This document shows positions 1 to 8,740 of a DNA stretch of 43,834 bases, piece after piece. Numbering within the stretch: position 1 is the first letter of the stretch; every line of letters begins with the position of its first letter. The stretch is from UHGV virus genome UHGV-0214218; one strand, given 5' to 3'. The notes beneath the pieces were generated by a model that saw nothing but the letters and a program-made list of their open reading frames with translations, did no database searches and was not told the DNA's origin. The stretch is from a virus. The position numbers were made by a program, and so were the translations under genes.

Positions 1-49
1 ATTTTTTTTGAGTTCATTATTGCTGCATACAGATAGCAGAGGTAAACAC

Positions 50-292
50 ATGAAAAGCATCGCAGAACAGATAAGAGAAATGGAACAGACGAAGCTGTCA
101 GAGCTGATTGATTATGTTGGAGGGCAATCACAACTGGCAAGGTTTCTTGGTGTGTCAAAACAGGCTGTTAATCAGTGGGTATCAAGAGGAAGAATTAGCG
201 CTACAGCAGCAATTGATGCCGAGAAACTTACTGGCGGAGTTTTCAGAAAGGAAGATTTAAGGCCGGCTGTCACAAAATGGATTGTTAAATAA
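50..292 (+). CDS. Cro/YdaS-like helix-turn-helix DNA-binding protein
   Basis: Uses the frame of track ORF 8-292. The first ATG is at 50 and is preceded by GAGG. It carries the HTH signature QSQLARFLGVSKQAVNQWVS and is followed by a hairpin terminator. Confidence 0.6.
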   Translation: MKSIAEQIREMEQTKLSELIDYVGGQSQLARFLGVSKQAVNQWVSRGRISATAAIDAEKLTGGVFRKEDLRPAVTKWIVK

Positions 293-295
293 TAA

Positions 296-320
296 AGCCC
301 GCGTTTGCGGGCTTTTTGTT
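296..320. terminator. rho-independent terminator (AGCCCGC-GTTT-GCGGGCT followed by TTTTT), bidirectional between converging genes
   Basis: 7-bp GC stem with a 4-nt loop and a T-run. There is an A-run on the other side. Confidence 0.7.
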
Positions 321-714
321 ATGCTCCTTTTGAGCTTAAACTATCTTTCTCACGCCTTCCGCTATACTCTTTGCTTACATCCTCATACAAAACACCAAAC
401 GCCTTACAGAAATTAAATAGTGCGTCGCCCGCAAAAACTTCGCTTGGATGCCATCTTCCTGAATGTCTTGCAACATCCCTGTATGAAGCTGTCACTATGC
501 CGACATTGTTTTTGTATTTTATCCTGCAAAACAAAACGTCATCATCAATGCAGACTCCCATATTGCAACGGAACACAGGGAACTTCCAGTAGTAAACCTC
601 CATCAGGTGTTTACCTGTCATCAGAGAGATTGCGTTGTGATGCCCACCTTCAGGTTCTTCAGATTCAAAGTAGTCAAACAACCCTTTCATTACAATGAAC
701 TTGTAGTTAATCAT
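319..714 (-). CDS. hypothetical protein (131 aa), distal gene of the primase operon
   Basis: Six-frame ORF. Its start overlaps the primase stop in an ATGA configuration at 711-714. Confidence 0.45.
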   Translation of the reverse strand: MINYKFIVMKGLFDYFESEEPEGGHHNAISLMTGKHLMEVYYWKFPVFRCNMGVCIDDDVLFCRIKYKNNVGIVTASYRDVARHSGRWHPSEVFAGDALFNFCKAFGVLYEDVSKEYSGRREKDSLSSKGA

Positions 715-3044
715 ATTTCAACCTCATCATTTGTTAATTTGTAAATAACTACAGCATTACTTGTTCTTTTTGCGCTTTCATCTTTCTCAATAACACCATC
801 TTCAATAAGTTTCTCTATGCATCTTTTCACATCATCGCGTTTATACCCACCTTCTTTTGCAACGCCTCTAACTATTGCGGTCTTAGTCATTCCGCGCTTA
901 ACATATTCTTTAACCATGGAGAAAATACCCTCAATTCGTTCTTCCATAGCTTTAGACTTCGCTCCGGAGATACTGTCAGCACGCATCATCAGGTCGCTTG
1001 TTGATTTAATCGTTAATGCTACCGCATATCTCAGGTGCTCCATGGTTATGACGCCAGTATCGCACGCGAGAATGCCAGCAATCTTTGCCACCTTCACAGC
1101 GCATCTGTTTATCAATGGGTGATAACCAGTACCGTTTTCTACATGCTTTCTTGCAACGGTTTTAATCCATGAGAAGAACTCCTTAGCGAGCTGAGAAACC
1201 TCAGGCGTAGCTTTTATAATCCGTCTTTCTTTTTTACTGATGATTGAGTCTGTCCAGTTTTTGTGCCCTGCCGTTCCACCATTTATTATCGTTTTTATGG
1301 TCAGTTGCATATCCATAGGGAGATCACAGTAATTGACGTTTTCGTTTTCGTCAGCAATCTCCTGTAACTCCTGCATAATCATTGCACGACCCATAAGACC
1401 TGACTTAATGTTTTCTTCAGTGATAAGTCGCTTAAACTGATCATCAGTAGACACACCAAAGATTGAAAAAAATGGATTCCTTATAGCTCCGTCAATTCTG
1501 TTTATCACATCATCAAACTGACACTTAATGTCAACGGGGTCTGCCTGTATTTCATTTTCCTCAATAGCAATCAACAGCATAGCCTTTCTCTTTTCGAAAG
1601 ACTTAATGAAATCCTCAGTAACACGCTGGTCACAATAAAGAACTTCTGACGTGTAAGCCTCCATGATGGCACCAGCGGTTGCCATGTTGTACTCGCTTAC
1701 TTTCTGACCAACAACACTACCAAGTTTTATGCCAATCTCATCCATGATGATATTAAACATCTGGTTAGCGCAAAGACCTTCATATATCGCACGCTCTGAA
1801 CGTATCTTGCCAGCAACAGTCTTACTTAATCCTGAGCAATCAATTATCTTTTGTAGCGCTGCAAGAACATCACCTTTACCTGAACCAGAGCCTGCAATGC
1901 CAACAGCAAACAGGTTTGGCAAAGCCTTCCTGTTTGTAAGGTAAATATCAGATGACGCCCCGCAAATCATGGATGCGGCGTACAATGCGGCAAGTGCTGC
2001 AATATTCTCTCGCTTCTCTGCACAGTTCTTATTAATCCAGGCGGCAAGGCGACCAACAAACCCAGGGGGATAACGGACATCAACGCTTTTGTACTCTACA
2101 GGGCATTCACCAACACCCATTGCCATTTCTCGCTCGAAAGACTCAAGTTTTTCAATTTCCTCTGGCGTAGCCTCAAAAGTTACTTGCCTTACCCACCCAC
2201 CCTCTTGCGCCAGATAAACAAGAGTGCCTGCGGTTATCTTGTCGTCAATTCCATCTTTACCAAAGGAATGCCATTTGGCATCCATCTCCTCTGGCCGGTA
2301 TTTGCTGAACTGTGATGACCAGTTATTCCACAGGTCAAACCCATTACCGTCAGTTGCTTCATGGATAGCCATCCCCACATTTATCCACGGATTGTACTCA
2401 TCACCATCATTGATGTATTTGAGCATGTCTTCCATTTCAGCAATGCTGTAATTTTTACTATCAAGCGTGAAAACCTCATCTTCCGATCGCTCAGGACGAA
2501 GAAGAAGTTCAATAAGTTGATATGGAGCTTCAGTTATCTCAGAAGGAGAACCATGCTCGGCTTCATAAAAATTACCTGACTTATGGAAAGAGCCGCAGCC
2601 AATAACGAAACCAGATGATTTAAAGTCAATGCCATTAAATCTCCTGTCATGAGATCGCAGCTTTATTCCTTCAGGAAGTTTGTAATAGATATGGCGACCA
2701 CCGCCACCAGTCTTTACCGTAAAACCAGCTTCATCAGCAAGTTCAACATCTAACGCATCACAAAGCGCATCGTATCCATCATTACCACCATTTCTTGGGT
2801 CAATATCAACAACAAGATACCCATTAACAAGAACGCCGAATGACTGTAACTTGCCATACTTAGCCATGCTTTCAATCTGCTCATCATCCCACTGGACACC
2901 AAGCTGCCAGTTACTCATAATCGGATGCTTTCCCGCAGCCTTACATTCCTGATCGCCACAAGTACAGTTGCGCTCCTCATCCATTGGATGAATGTCGATA
3001 ATAGGGAAACCGCATTTGCGATAATCTTCATAACCAATCATCAC
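711..3044 (-). CDS. replicative primase-helicase: N-terminal bifunctional primase-polymerase (DIDPRNGG), D5-N-like region, P4/SF3-type helicase with Walker A GIAGSGSGKGD
   Basis: 777-aa ORF with motifs read directly from the translation. Gene order and length are typical of a phage primase/helicase. Confidence 0.85.
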   Translation of the reverse strand: MMIGYEDYRKCGFPIIDIHPMDEERNCTCGDQECKAAGKHPIMSNWQLGVQWDDEQIESMAKYGKLQSFGVLVNGYLVVDIDPRNGGNDGYDALCDALDVELADEAGFTVKTGGGGRHIYYKLPEGIKLRSHDRRFNGIDFKSSGFVIGCGSFHKSGNFYEAEHGSPSEITEAPYQLIELLLRPERSEDEVFTLDSKNYSIAEMEDMLKYINDGDEYNPWINVGMAIHEATDGNGFDLWNNWSSQFSKYRPEEMDAKWHSFGKDGIDDKITAGTLVYLAQEGGWVRQVTFEATPEEIEKLESFEREMAMGVGECPVEYKSVDVRYPPGFVGRLAAWINKNCAEKRENIAALAALYAASMICGASSDIYLTNRKALPNLFAVGIAGSGSGKGDVLAALQKIIDCSGLSKTVAGKIRSERAIYEGLCANQMFNIIMDEIGIKLGSVVGQKVSEYNMATAGAIMEAYTSEVLYCDQRVTEDFIKSFEKRKAMLLIAIEENEIQADPVDIKCQFDDVINRIDGAIRNPFFSIFGVSTDDQFKRLITEENIKSGLMGRAMIMQELQEIADENENVNYCDLPMDMQLTIKTIINGGTAGHKNWTDSIISKKERRIIKATPEVSQLAKEFFSWIKTVARKHVENGTGYHPLINRCAVKVAKIAGILACDTGVITMEHLRYAVALTIKSTSDLMMRADSISGAKSKAMEERIEGIFSMVKEYVKRGMTKTAIVRGVAKEGGYKRDDVKRCIEKLIEDGVIEKDESAKRTSNAVVIYKLTNDEVEI

Positions 3045-3256
3045 TTAATTCTCCGAACAGATACTTCACCAAACCCAGCCTTTCTTGTTACAAAAACCCA
3101 TGAGTTATCTTTCGCAACACAACACAGACTTGCCCTGAATTTTTCAATACTGCTATTGGCGCGGAAATCATCAACAACAAAAAAACGCACATCACCAACA
3201 GACATACCATTAACAAACTCATACGCCTCAGCCATCGCACTACCAAAACGATACAT
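3041..3256 (-). CDS. hypothetical small protein, first gene of the primase operon
   Basis: 71-aa ORF overlapping the primase start by ATGA. Confidence 0.35.
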   Translation of the reverse strand: MYRFGSAMAEAYEFVNGMSVGDVRFFVVDDFRANSSIEKFRASLCCVAKDNSWVFVTRKAGFGEVSVRRIK

Positions 3257-3347
3257 AACAACCCCCTCTCCAATAATCTAAACTCAATATACCAACATTC
3301 CTATAATCAGGCAACACACTCAATACACACAAAACAAATGAACAGCG

Positions 3348-3376
3348 TTGACAATAAAAAACAAAAGGTGTATCAA
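3348..3376 (+). promoter_or_regulatory. sigma70-like promoter TTGACA-17-TATCAA reading into the iteron region
   Basis: Perfect -35 TTGACA at 3348-3353 with a 17-bp spacer. The -10 is weak. Confidence 0.3.
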
Positions 3377-3421
3377 TACAGGTGCGTTGTTTAAGTGGTT
3401 GTTTTGAAAGAAAAAGAATCC

Positions 3422-3631
3422 GATTTGCCAGCTATTTGCCAGCTATTTGCCATGTATAAGTTACTGATTTTTAACTATTTTACCTAATTCCCTATTTGAC
3501 ACGGCTCTAAAAGACATTTGATGACCGGGAATAAAAATTAGAAGCCACCCGTGGCAAATAGGGCAAATAGAAAATAGAAAAAAACAAAAGCAAAAACAGA
3601 AACTTAGAAACAAACAAGTCTGGCAAATAAG
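3422..3631. repeat. iteron-like cluster: three tandem GCTATTTGCCA units (period 11, 3422-3452) plus a degenerate copy at 3491, facing three TGGCAAATAG units in the opposite orientation (3551-3631) and four AAAATAGA repeats
   Basis: Repeats read directly from the sequence. The region is non-coding in all frames and AT-rich, and lies next to the primase operon. Confidence 0.55.
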
Positions 3632-3673
3632 AAGAAAATAGAGAAAATAGAAAACATAAAATAAATCACAAAT

Positions 3674-3702
3674 AACCAGCTTAACTGCTGGTTTTCGTTT
3701 TT
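3674..3702 (+). terminator. rho-independent terminator (AACCAGC-TTAACT-GCTGGTT followed by TTCGTTTTT)
   Basis: 7-bp stem with a 6-nt loop and a T-rich tail, inside the non-coding origin-like region. Confidence 0.5.
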
Positions 3703-3858
3703 CTGCAGCGTAAGGTATTAATATCTATAATAAATATAAAGAAGATCTTAATATACTTTATAGAGGTAATAAACAAAGGTTACTATTAGTAATACATGTA
3801 ACTATATATGTGAGCTAGCGTTAACTAACATTTAGTCGTGTTTTTTCTTTCTCTGTGT

Positions 3859-3887
3859 GTTGACGTAGAATCATCATTGATGTAGAT
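3859..3887 (+). promoter_or_regulatory. early promoter TTGACG-17-TAGATT (contains the 12-mer TTGACGTAGAAT)
   Basis: -35 at 3859-3864 and -10 at 3882-3887. A GAGGGTGAAGAG RBS and an ATG at 3919 follow. Confidence 0.5.
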
Positions 3888-3918
3888 TGAACCCATCGAA
3901 ACAAACGAGGGTGAAGAG

Positions 3919-4065
3919 ATGAGAATCAAAGACCGTGAAGAATTTGAAGATGCACAGGCTATGGCACGAATTGCAGTTGAGCGCAAAAACAACAGCATTC
4001 CTGCCGAAGCATTCTGGAATGCAGCAATGCAGGCTTTAATCTCGGCGTATGGGTTAAGCAAATGA
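3919..4065 (+). CDS. small early protein (48 aa)
   Basis: ATG preceded by GAGGGTGAAGAG. Below the ORF-track cutoff. Its stop overlaps the next ATG. Confidence 0.45.
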   Translation: MRIKDREEFEDAQAMARIAVERKNNSIPAEAFWNAAMQALISAYGLSK

Positions 4066-4157
4066 CAGGCGCAACATTAGAACTCATAGCCAGTATGGTT
4101 ATCGTAGCATTCATCATTATCGCAGTGGCAGTTTCTAAATCAGGGTATAAGGAGTAA
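4062..4157 (+). CDS. small hydrophobic peptide (31 aa, one TM helix)
   Basis: ATGA-type overlap with the preceding ORF. Hydrophobic core VIVAFIIIAVAV. Confidence 0.35.
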   Translation: MTGATLELIASMVIVAFIIIAVAVSKSGYKE

Positions 4158-4159
4158 CA

Positions 4160-4240
4160 ATGAGCAACTGGCATAACGAACACATCATGCAGTGGTATCG
4201 CCGTCGCATTAAGGCAATCATTAACTCTTATGAGAAATAA
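4160..4240 (+). CDS. small basic peptide (26 aa)
   Basis: GGAG RBS 6 nt upstream of the ATG at 4160. Confidence 0.3.
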   Translation: MSNWHNEHIMQWYRRRIKAIINSYEK

Positions 4241-4243
4241 CAA

Positions 4244-4426
4244 ATGGCAAAGACAATCTATCGTCGCGAGAAGCTGGAACCAGAACTCGGTCCCGTTGGC
4301 GCGCAAAACTTTATGAGCAAGCAGGCACGCAATGCAATTGAATCTATCCGCGTAAATCGCGTTGTGCGCGTGTTTAATGGTGAAGGTAAGCGCAGAGTAA
4401 TGGATGAGCTGATTATCGTGTTCTGA
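4244..4426 (+). CDS. hypothetical early protein (60 aa)
   Basis: Six-frame ORF in the early + strand cluster. Confidence 0.45.
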   Translation: MAKTIYRREKLEPELGPVGAQNFMSKQARNAIESIRVNRVVRVFNGEGKRRVMDELIIVF

Positions 4427-4461
4427 CCTCGATTCGGCGCTCTTATTTTAATAGTGATGAT

Positions 4462-4695
4462 ATGGCAAAAGTGAAAACATACGAGTTCTGGATAGTGCAG
4501 AACAAAATGTATGACAGCAAAACAATCAGGCGAGTCCGCTGGTGGAACAAGTGGTTAATCATGTCCGGCAGCATCGTGCTGGCAAGGTGCAAATTCAAAG
4601 CGATTGACATCACAGATGAGGATGCGCTCAAAATCGCGAAGATTGAGTTTGAAGAAGATGGCTATTACGAAGAAATTATGGGTGTCAGGATATGA
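4462..4695 (+). CDS. hypothetical early protein (77 aa)
   Basis: Six-frame ORF whose stop overlaps the next start. Confidence 0.5.
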   Translation: MAKVKTYEFWIVQNKMYDSKTIRRVRWWNKWLIMSGSIVLARCKFKAIDITDEDALKIAKIEFEEDGYYEEIMGVRI

Positions 4696-5018
4696 GCGAA
4701 GAACAACGCGGAACAGTAAAAGCAAAAACATATTCAGTTCAAAGAAGCGCAATCCCTCATGCGCCTGATGGTGATGGGTATTATGTCACTGTTGTTGAGC
4801 TTGCAGACTACATGGCCTGCCTCAACAGAATCACAGAAATGAGCGTTGAGAACTATCACATGAAGAATCGCATTGCAGAACTGGAGTCTGCATTAAATCG
4901 CCATTATGAGTTGCCTGACGTTTACGATATGGCGATAAAGCAATTCGAAAGCCTCAGCAATAACAAGCATCACTTCATCAACGGCACTTGCGTAGAGTGC
5001 CTGGCTAAAAGTGAATAG
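4692..5018 (+). CDS. hypothetical early protein (108 aa)
   Basis: Six-frame ORF followed by a weak hairpin. Confidence 0.55.
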   Translation: MSEEQRGTVKAKTYSVQRSAIPHAPDGDGYYVTVVELADYMACLNRITEMSVENYHMKNRIAELESALNRHYELPDVYDMAIKQFESLSNNKHHFINGTCVECLAKSE

Positions 5019-5081
5019 CTACCCGTTCATATTAATTATCAGTGCGCTCTATGTGGCGCACGTTTTAGTGGAGATGTATGG

Positions 5082-5189
5082 ATGATCAGAAACCAAAGAC
5101 GCCGATACACCACTGGCGCTAAAATCTTCCTTGCTGTTTATGCGCTGGCACTGGTAGTGGCTATTGCAGGAGTGGTGCATTATGTTTAA
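5082..5189 (+). CDS. small membrane peptide (35 aa)
   Basis: ATG at 5082. Hydrophobic segment IFLAVYALALVVAIAGVV. Its stop overlaps the next ATG (ATGTTTAA). Confidence 0.4.
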   Translation: MIRNQRRRYTTGAKIFLAVYALALVVAIAGVVHYV

Positions 5190-5361
5190 CGACATCAAAA
5201 CCGCAATGGAATTTATGTGGAAGCGATACTGGGACGGCATGATGACCTGCCATTACATGATGGTGCAGCTCGACAACCGTATTGAGGTTGTGCCTGATAA
5301 CGGTGTGCACAACATTAAGTGCATGTGTTCAACGAGGGTCTTCGTAAATGCAAACCACTAA
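5182..5361 (+). CDS. hypothetical protein (59 aa)
   Basis: Internal ATG of track ORF 5164-5361, coupled to the upstream peptide. Confidence 0.45.
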   Translation: MFNDIKTAMEFMWKRYWDGMMTCHYMMVQLDNRIEVVPDNGVHNIKCMCSTRVFVNANH

Positions 5362-5521
5362 ACAAAAAGTCTGGCAACTCGCAAAACAGCACGAATTGGA
5401 TGATTTTATCGCGAAGGTTGCCAAGACATTCCCTGATGCGCTTGAAATCGTTCATGTGCAGACTCGTGATGAAAACGCATGGTGCTATGCTGGCAAGCGT
5501 GATAATCATGGTGTACAATAA
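5348..5521 (+). CDS. hypothetical protein (57 aa)
   Basis: The protein-like translation MQTTKQKVWQLAKQHELDDF is preferred over the overlapping R/S/L-rich track ORF 5319-5567. Confidence 0.4.
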   Translation: MQTTKQKVWQLAKQHELDDFIAKVAKTFPDALEIVHVQTRDENAWCYAGKRDNHGVQ

Positions 5522-5565
5522 GCACATAACCACCATTGCTTCACTCATATCATCACCCAACCTTT

Positions 5566-5591
5566 AACCCGCCTTGTGCGGGTTCTTTTTT
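5566..5591 (+). terminator. rho-independent terminator (AACCCGC-CTTGT-GCGGGTT followed by CTTTTTT)
   Basis: 7-bp GC stem plus a T-run, placed between the early cluster and terS. Confidence 0.75.
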
Positions 5592-5598
5592 GCCTTTG

Positions 5599-5607
5599 TG
5601 ATAGAAT
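5599..5607 (+). promoter_or_regulatory. extended -10 element TGATAGAAT upstream of terS
   Basis: TGnTAGAAT lies 26 nt upstream of the GAGGTG RBS. It belongs to the late-promoter family GTGATAnAAT. Confidence 0.4.
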
Positions 5608-5632
5608 AAACATAAATATCAAGAGGTGAATT

Positions 5633-6088
5633 ATGTCAGATAAACCAATCGGGCGACCGACAGAATACAAACCTGAGTACGACGAGCAGGCGTACAACTA
5701 TTGCCTGCTTGGTGCTACCGATAAACAGCTTGCTACTTTCTTTGATGTGAGCGAACAAACAATAAACGCATGGAAACACAAACATCCGTCGTTTCTTGAG
5801 TCCTTAAGGCGAGGAAAGGAAATTGCAGACGCAAGGGTTGCTCAAGCATTATTCAGTAGGGCTACCGGGTATGAGCACCCAGAAGACGATATCAAGGCGG
5901 TTAATGGTGAAATAGTAATCACACCAACAATAAAAAGGTACCCTCCAGACCCCACATCAATGATTTTCTGGTTAAAGAACAGGCAACCAAAACTGTGGAG
6001 AGATAAGCCTGAATCTGAAGGTGCAGATGGCGATGGGGCAATCCATAAGGTGCAGATAGAGGTGATTAGTGCAGATAAGAGTAAGTAA
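5633..6088 (+). CDS. terS: terminase small subunit
   Basis: 151 aa. N-terminal HTH-like region PIGRPTEYKPEY...LLGATDKQLATFFDVSEQTINAWK. Sits immediately upstream of terL and has a GAGGTG RBS. Confidence 0.7.
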   Translation: MSDKPIGRPTEYKPEYDEQAYNYCLLGATDKQLATFFDVSEQTINAWKHKHPSFLESLRRGKEIADARVAQALFSRATGYEHPEDDIKAVNGEIVITPTIKRYPPDPTSMIFWLKNRQPKLWRDKPESEGADGDGAIHKVQIEVISADKSK

Positions 6089-6133
6089 AACGCGAACCTT
6101 TGTGATATGATTGAGTAAATCGCGGAGGTTCAT

Positions 6134-6646
6134 ATGCATGAAGATTATTTTAGTTACGCCAATGGTAAGCTGTATTGGGTTTTACGCAATGAGGAATCAT
6201 TCAAAACCAAAAGAGGATACTCAGTACACAAAAATAAATATGCTGGTAAGGAGGCTGGCAACATTGGAAGGAATGGTTACAGGTATGTGCGCGTTTATGG
6301 GAAGCTGCTACTTGCGCACCGCATTATATGGGAGATGTTTAACGGACCAATCCCGGAAGGTATGGAGGTCGATCATATAGATACAAACCCATCAAATAAC
6401 GACATATCAAACCTGAGATTGGCAACGTCATCTAACAATAAATGGAATATGAATATACCATCACATAATACTTCCGGATTTAAGGGTGTGAGCCTTTTCA
6501 AGGCTACCGGGAAGTACGAGGCTTACATAAAATTTAACGGCAGGAAGATTCACCTTGGTTTTTTTGATACGCCGGAACTTGCACATGAGGCGTATAAGTT
6601 AGCGGCTGATAAGATGTTCATGGAGTTTAGCAATCATGGAAATTAA
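6134..6646 (+). CDS. HNH homing endonuclease with AP2 DNA-binding domain, inserted between terS and terL
   Basis: HNH_3-like core LAHRIIWEMFNGPIPEGMEVDHIDTNPSNNDISNLRLAT plus an AP2-like GFKGVS...YEAYIKFNGRKIHLGFFDTPELAHEAY. Overlaps the terL start by 11 nt. Confidence 0.85.
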   Translation: MHEDYFSYANGKLYWVLRNEESFKTKRGYSVHKNKYAGKEAGNIGRNGYRYVRVYGKLLLAHRIIWEMFNGPIPEGMEVDHIDTNPSNNDISNLRLATSSNNKWNMNIPSHNTSGFKGVSLFKATGKYEAYIKFNGRKIHLGFFDTPELAHEAYKLAADKMFMEFSNHGN

Positions 6647-7943
6647 GATGACACTAACCGAGCCTCAGGCAAGGTTCATGAACCTCAATTGTAAATTCCC
6701 TGCTTTTATCGCTGGCTTTGGTACTGGGAAGTCAGAGACTATGTGTAACTCTGCATTGCTTGATAGTCTCGAAGGTGGTTCTGACTCACTTATAGCCATG
6801 TATCAGCCGACTTATGATCTTGTGCGCCTTATTCTTGCTCCCCGCATGGAAGAGAAGTTGATCGACTGGGGTATTCGATATAAATATAACAAGGCAGAGA
6901 ACATAATCTACACGTCATCAGGGCAGATGGGGGATTTTGTTCTCAGGACTCTGGATAATCCGGCGCGAATAGTTGGTTATGAGTCGTTCCGTGCAAAGAT
7001 TGACGAAATTGACACACTTAAGCAAGAACACGCATCTGAGGCGTGGATAAAAATAATCGCCCGTAACCGTCAGCGCCCGAGAACATATACTGACACGTCA
7101 GGCAAGCCTATGAATACCGTTGGCATATTCTCAACCCCAGAGGGGTTCCGGTTTGTTTATGACAGATGGGTAAAGAACAAAAAGGATGGGTACGAAATGG
7201 TGCAGGCAAGCACTATGAGCAACCCTTTCCTGCCTGATGACTACGTTCAGTCACTGCGCGATAGCTATCCACCGCAACTCATTGAAGCCTATCTGCAGGG
7301 TGAGTTTGTAAACCTTACGTCTGGCACTGTTTATCCTCAATTCGACAGGAATCTTAATCACAGCGACGAGGAATACAAGACTGGTGAACCAGCCCATGTC
7401 GGTATGGACTTCAACGTGGGCAAGATGTCTGCGATTATTCATGTTGAAAGGGATGGCGACCCGATCGCAGTTGGCGAGATACTTGGTGCTTACGATACTC
7501 CAGAAATGATTCGGTTAATCAAGCAGCGTTTATGGCGTGAGACATCAAATGGTGAGTTTGAGAAGCTGTGTGAAATTTACGTTTATCCTGATGCGTCAGG
7601 TGGCAGCCGCAAGACCGTGAACGCTGGCACGTCAGATATAGCTTTGTTGAGAGATGCTGGCTTTCATGTTATGGCTGACAGTAAGAACCCACCAGTCAGG
7701 GACCGCATCAACTCTGTTAACGCGATGTTCTGCAATGCTGAAGGAGAGCGCAGATACAAGGTAAACACAAAGCTGTGTCCAGTCTACACTGAGGCGAGAG
7801 AGCAGCAGATTTACAACAAGCAGGGCGAGCCAGACAAAACTCACGATAAGGACCACCCGAACGATGCGGCTGATTATTACATTTATAATAAGTTCCCGCT
7901 CGTACGACCAATGGCAGCAATGCTAATCCGGCGCAGGCGATAA
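6636..7943 (+). CDS. terL: terminase large subunit
   Basis: 435 aa. Walker A FIAGFGTGKSE, then a C-terminal nuclease-like region with conserved acidic residues. Confidence 0.9.
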   Translation: MEIKMTLTEPQARFMNLNCKFPAFIAGFGTGKSETMCNSALLDSLEGGSDSLIAMYQPTYDLVRLILAPRMEEKLIDWGIRYKYNKAENIIYTSSGQMGDFVLRTLDNPARIVGYESFRAKIDEIDTLKQEHASEAWIKIIARNRQRPRTYTDTSGKPMNTVGIFSTPEGFRFVYDRWVKNKKDGYEMVQASTMSNPFLPDDYVQSLRDSYPPQLIEAYLQGEFVNLTSGTVYPQFDRNLNHSDEEYKTGEPAHVGMDFNVGKMSAIIHVERDGDPIAVGEILGAYDTPEMIRLIKQRLWRETSNGEFEKLCEIYVYPDASGGSRKTVNAGTSDIALLRDAGFHVMADSKNPPVRDRINSVNAMFCNAEGERRYKVNTKLCPVYTEAREQQIYNKQGEPDKTHDKDHPNDAADYYIYNKFPLVRPMAAMLIRRRR

Positions 7944-7976
7944 AAATAAAGCCCTCATTCGAGGGCTTGTTTCTCT
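7943..7976. terminator. bidirectional rho-independent terminator (AAGCCCTC-ATTC-GAGGGCTT) flanked by A-run and T-run
   Basis: 8-bp stem. The stop codons of terL and of the converging DpdA-like gene lie in or next to the hairpin. Confidence 0.75.
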
Positions 7977-8740
7977 ATCCACTCATCTATCGTCGGTGGC
8001 TTAACTGACTCTACAGCTCCTTTAAGCACCGCTGCCCTGCCGCGCAATATAGTTTGCTTCAATTCTCTGTCATCAAGACCATTGCAATAATCCGCCTCTC
8101 TTATTGCGCGCGTCAGTTCTGGATACTTGACCTCGAATTTCGGTATGTTGCACGCCAGATTGGTGCTGTCTGCCGTGTGTAATGGGTAATTACCCAGCAC
8201 GCGACCATCAAGCATGCGCAGACCGTGAATCTTCGTTTTTAGTCCACGTTTAATATAAATCTCCGTGAGTGCCTCCTTCATTCTGGCATGCCATAATTTA
8301 GTGCGAATTGTTGCGTATTGCCCTGATGAGCCAAAGCAGACTTTAGGCCAGTTCTGGCACAGTTCAACCAGCCTGTCGATGCTTTCGTGAAGGTGCCATG
8401 TTGGTACGGCTTTACCCCTGAACATAGAAGGAAGTTCACGGATGAGTCTATCGTTATCTTCCTCGCTACCATCAATAACATCAGGGATGATAAAGAAATC
8501 AAGTTTTTCATTGTGGTAATGTTGCATCAGCCACTGATAAAAAGGAGTCCAGTCGCGAACAGGGTTTCCGCTTCTCCATGCGCTGAAGGCACCATTATCA
8601 AAAGCAACACTTCCAGATAATTCAAGAGCTTTCTTTGTTTGTTGAGGCCATGCGTGAGAAACGAAAGCGCCACTTCCCCGTGTGGCTATTTGCATAACTC
8701 CATCACCCCATATCGGCAGACCGTGATAATGATGTATCAT
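7955..8740 (-). CDS. DpdA-like protein, tRNA-guanine-transglycosylase (TGT) superfamily; putative DNA 7-deazaguanine transglycosylase
   Basis: FDNGAFSAW aligns to the TGT substrate motif DSGGFQ. HTADSTNL aligns to the catalytic FD(C/S) region. The CxCxxC zinc subdomain is absent. The ATG at 8738-8740 overlaps the stop of the adjacent YhhQ-like transporter gene as ATGA, with a GAGGA RBS. Confidence 0.5.
   Translation of the reverse strand: MIHHYHGLPIWGDGVMQIATRGSGAFVSHAWPQQTKKALELSGSVAFDNGAFSAWRSGNPVRDWTPFYQWLMQHYHNEKLDFFIIPDVIDGSEEDNDRLIRELPSMFRGKAVPTWHLHESIDRLVELCQNWPKVCFGSSGQYATIRTKLWHARMKEALTEIYIKRGLKTKIHGLRMLDGRVLGNYPLHTADSTNLACNIPKFEVKYPELTRAIREADYCNGLDDRELKQTILRGRAAVLKGAVESVKPPTIDEWIEKQALE

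Noticed and set aside
5319-5567. 82-aa GTG-initiated track ORF
   Set aside because: R/S/L-rich translation that is out of frame with the better 57-aa ATG ORF at 5348-5521 and runs through the terminator hairpin.
6111-6380. alternative-frame ORF overlapping the HNH endonuclease gene
   Set aside because: The overlapping frame encodes a complete, recognisable HNH-AP2 protein. The alternative frame has no features.
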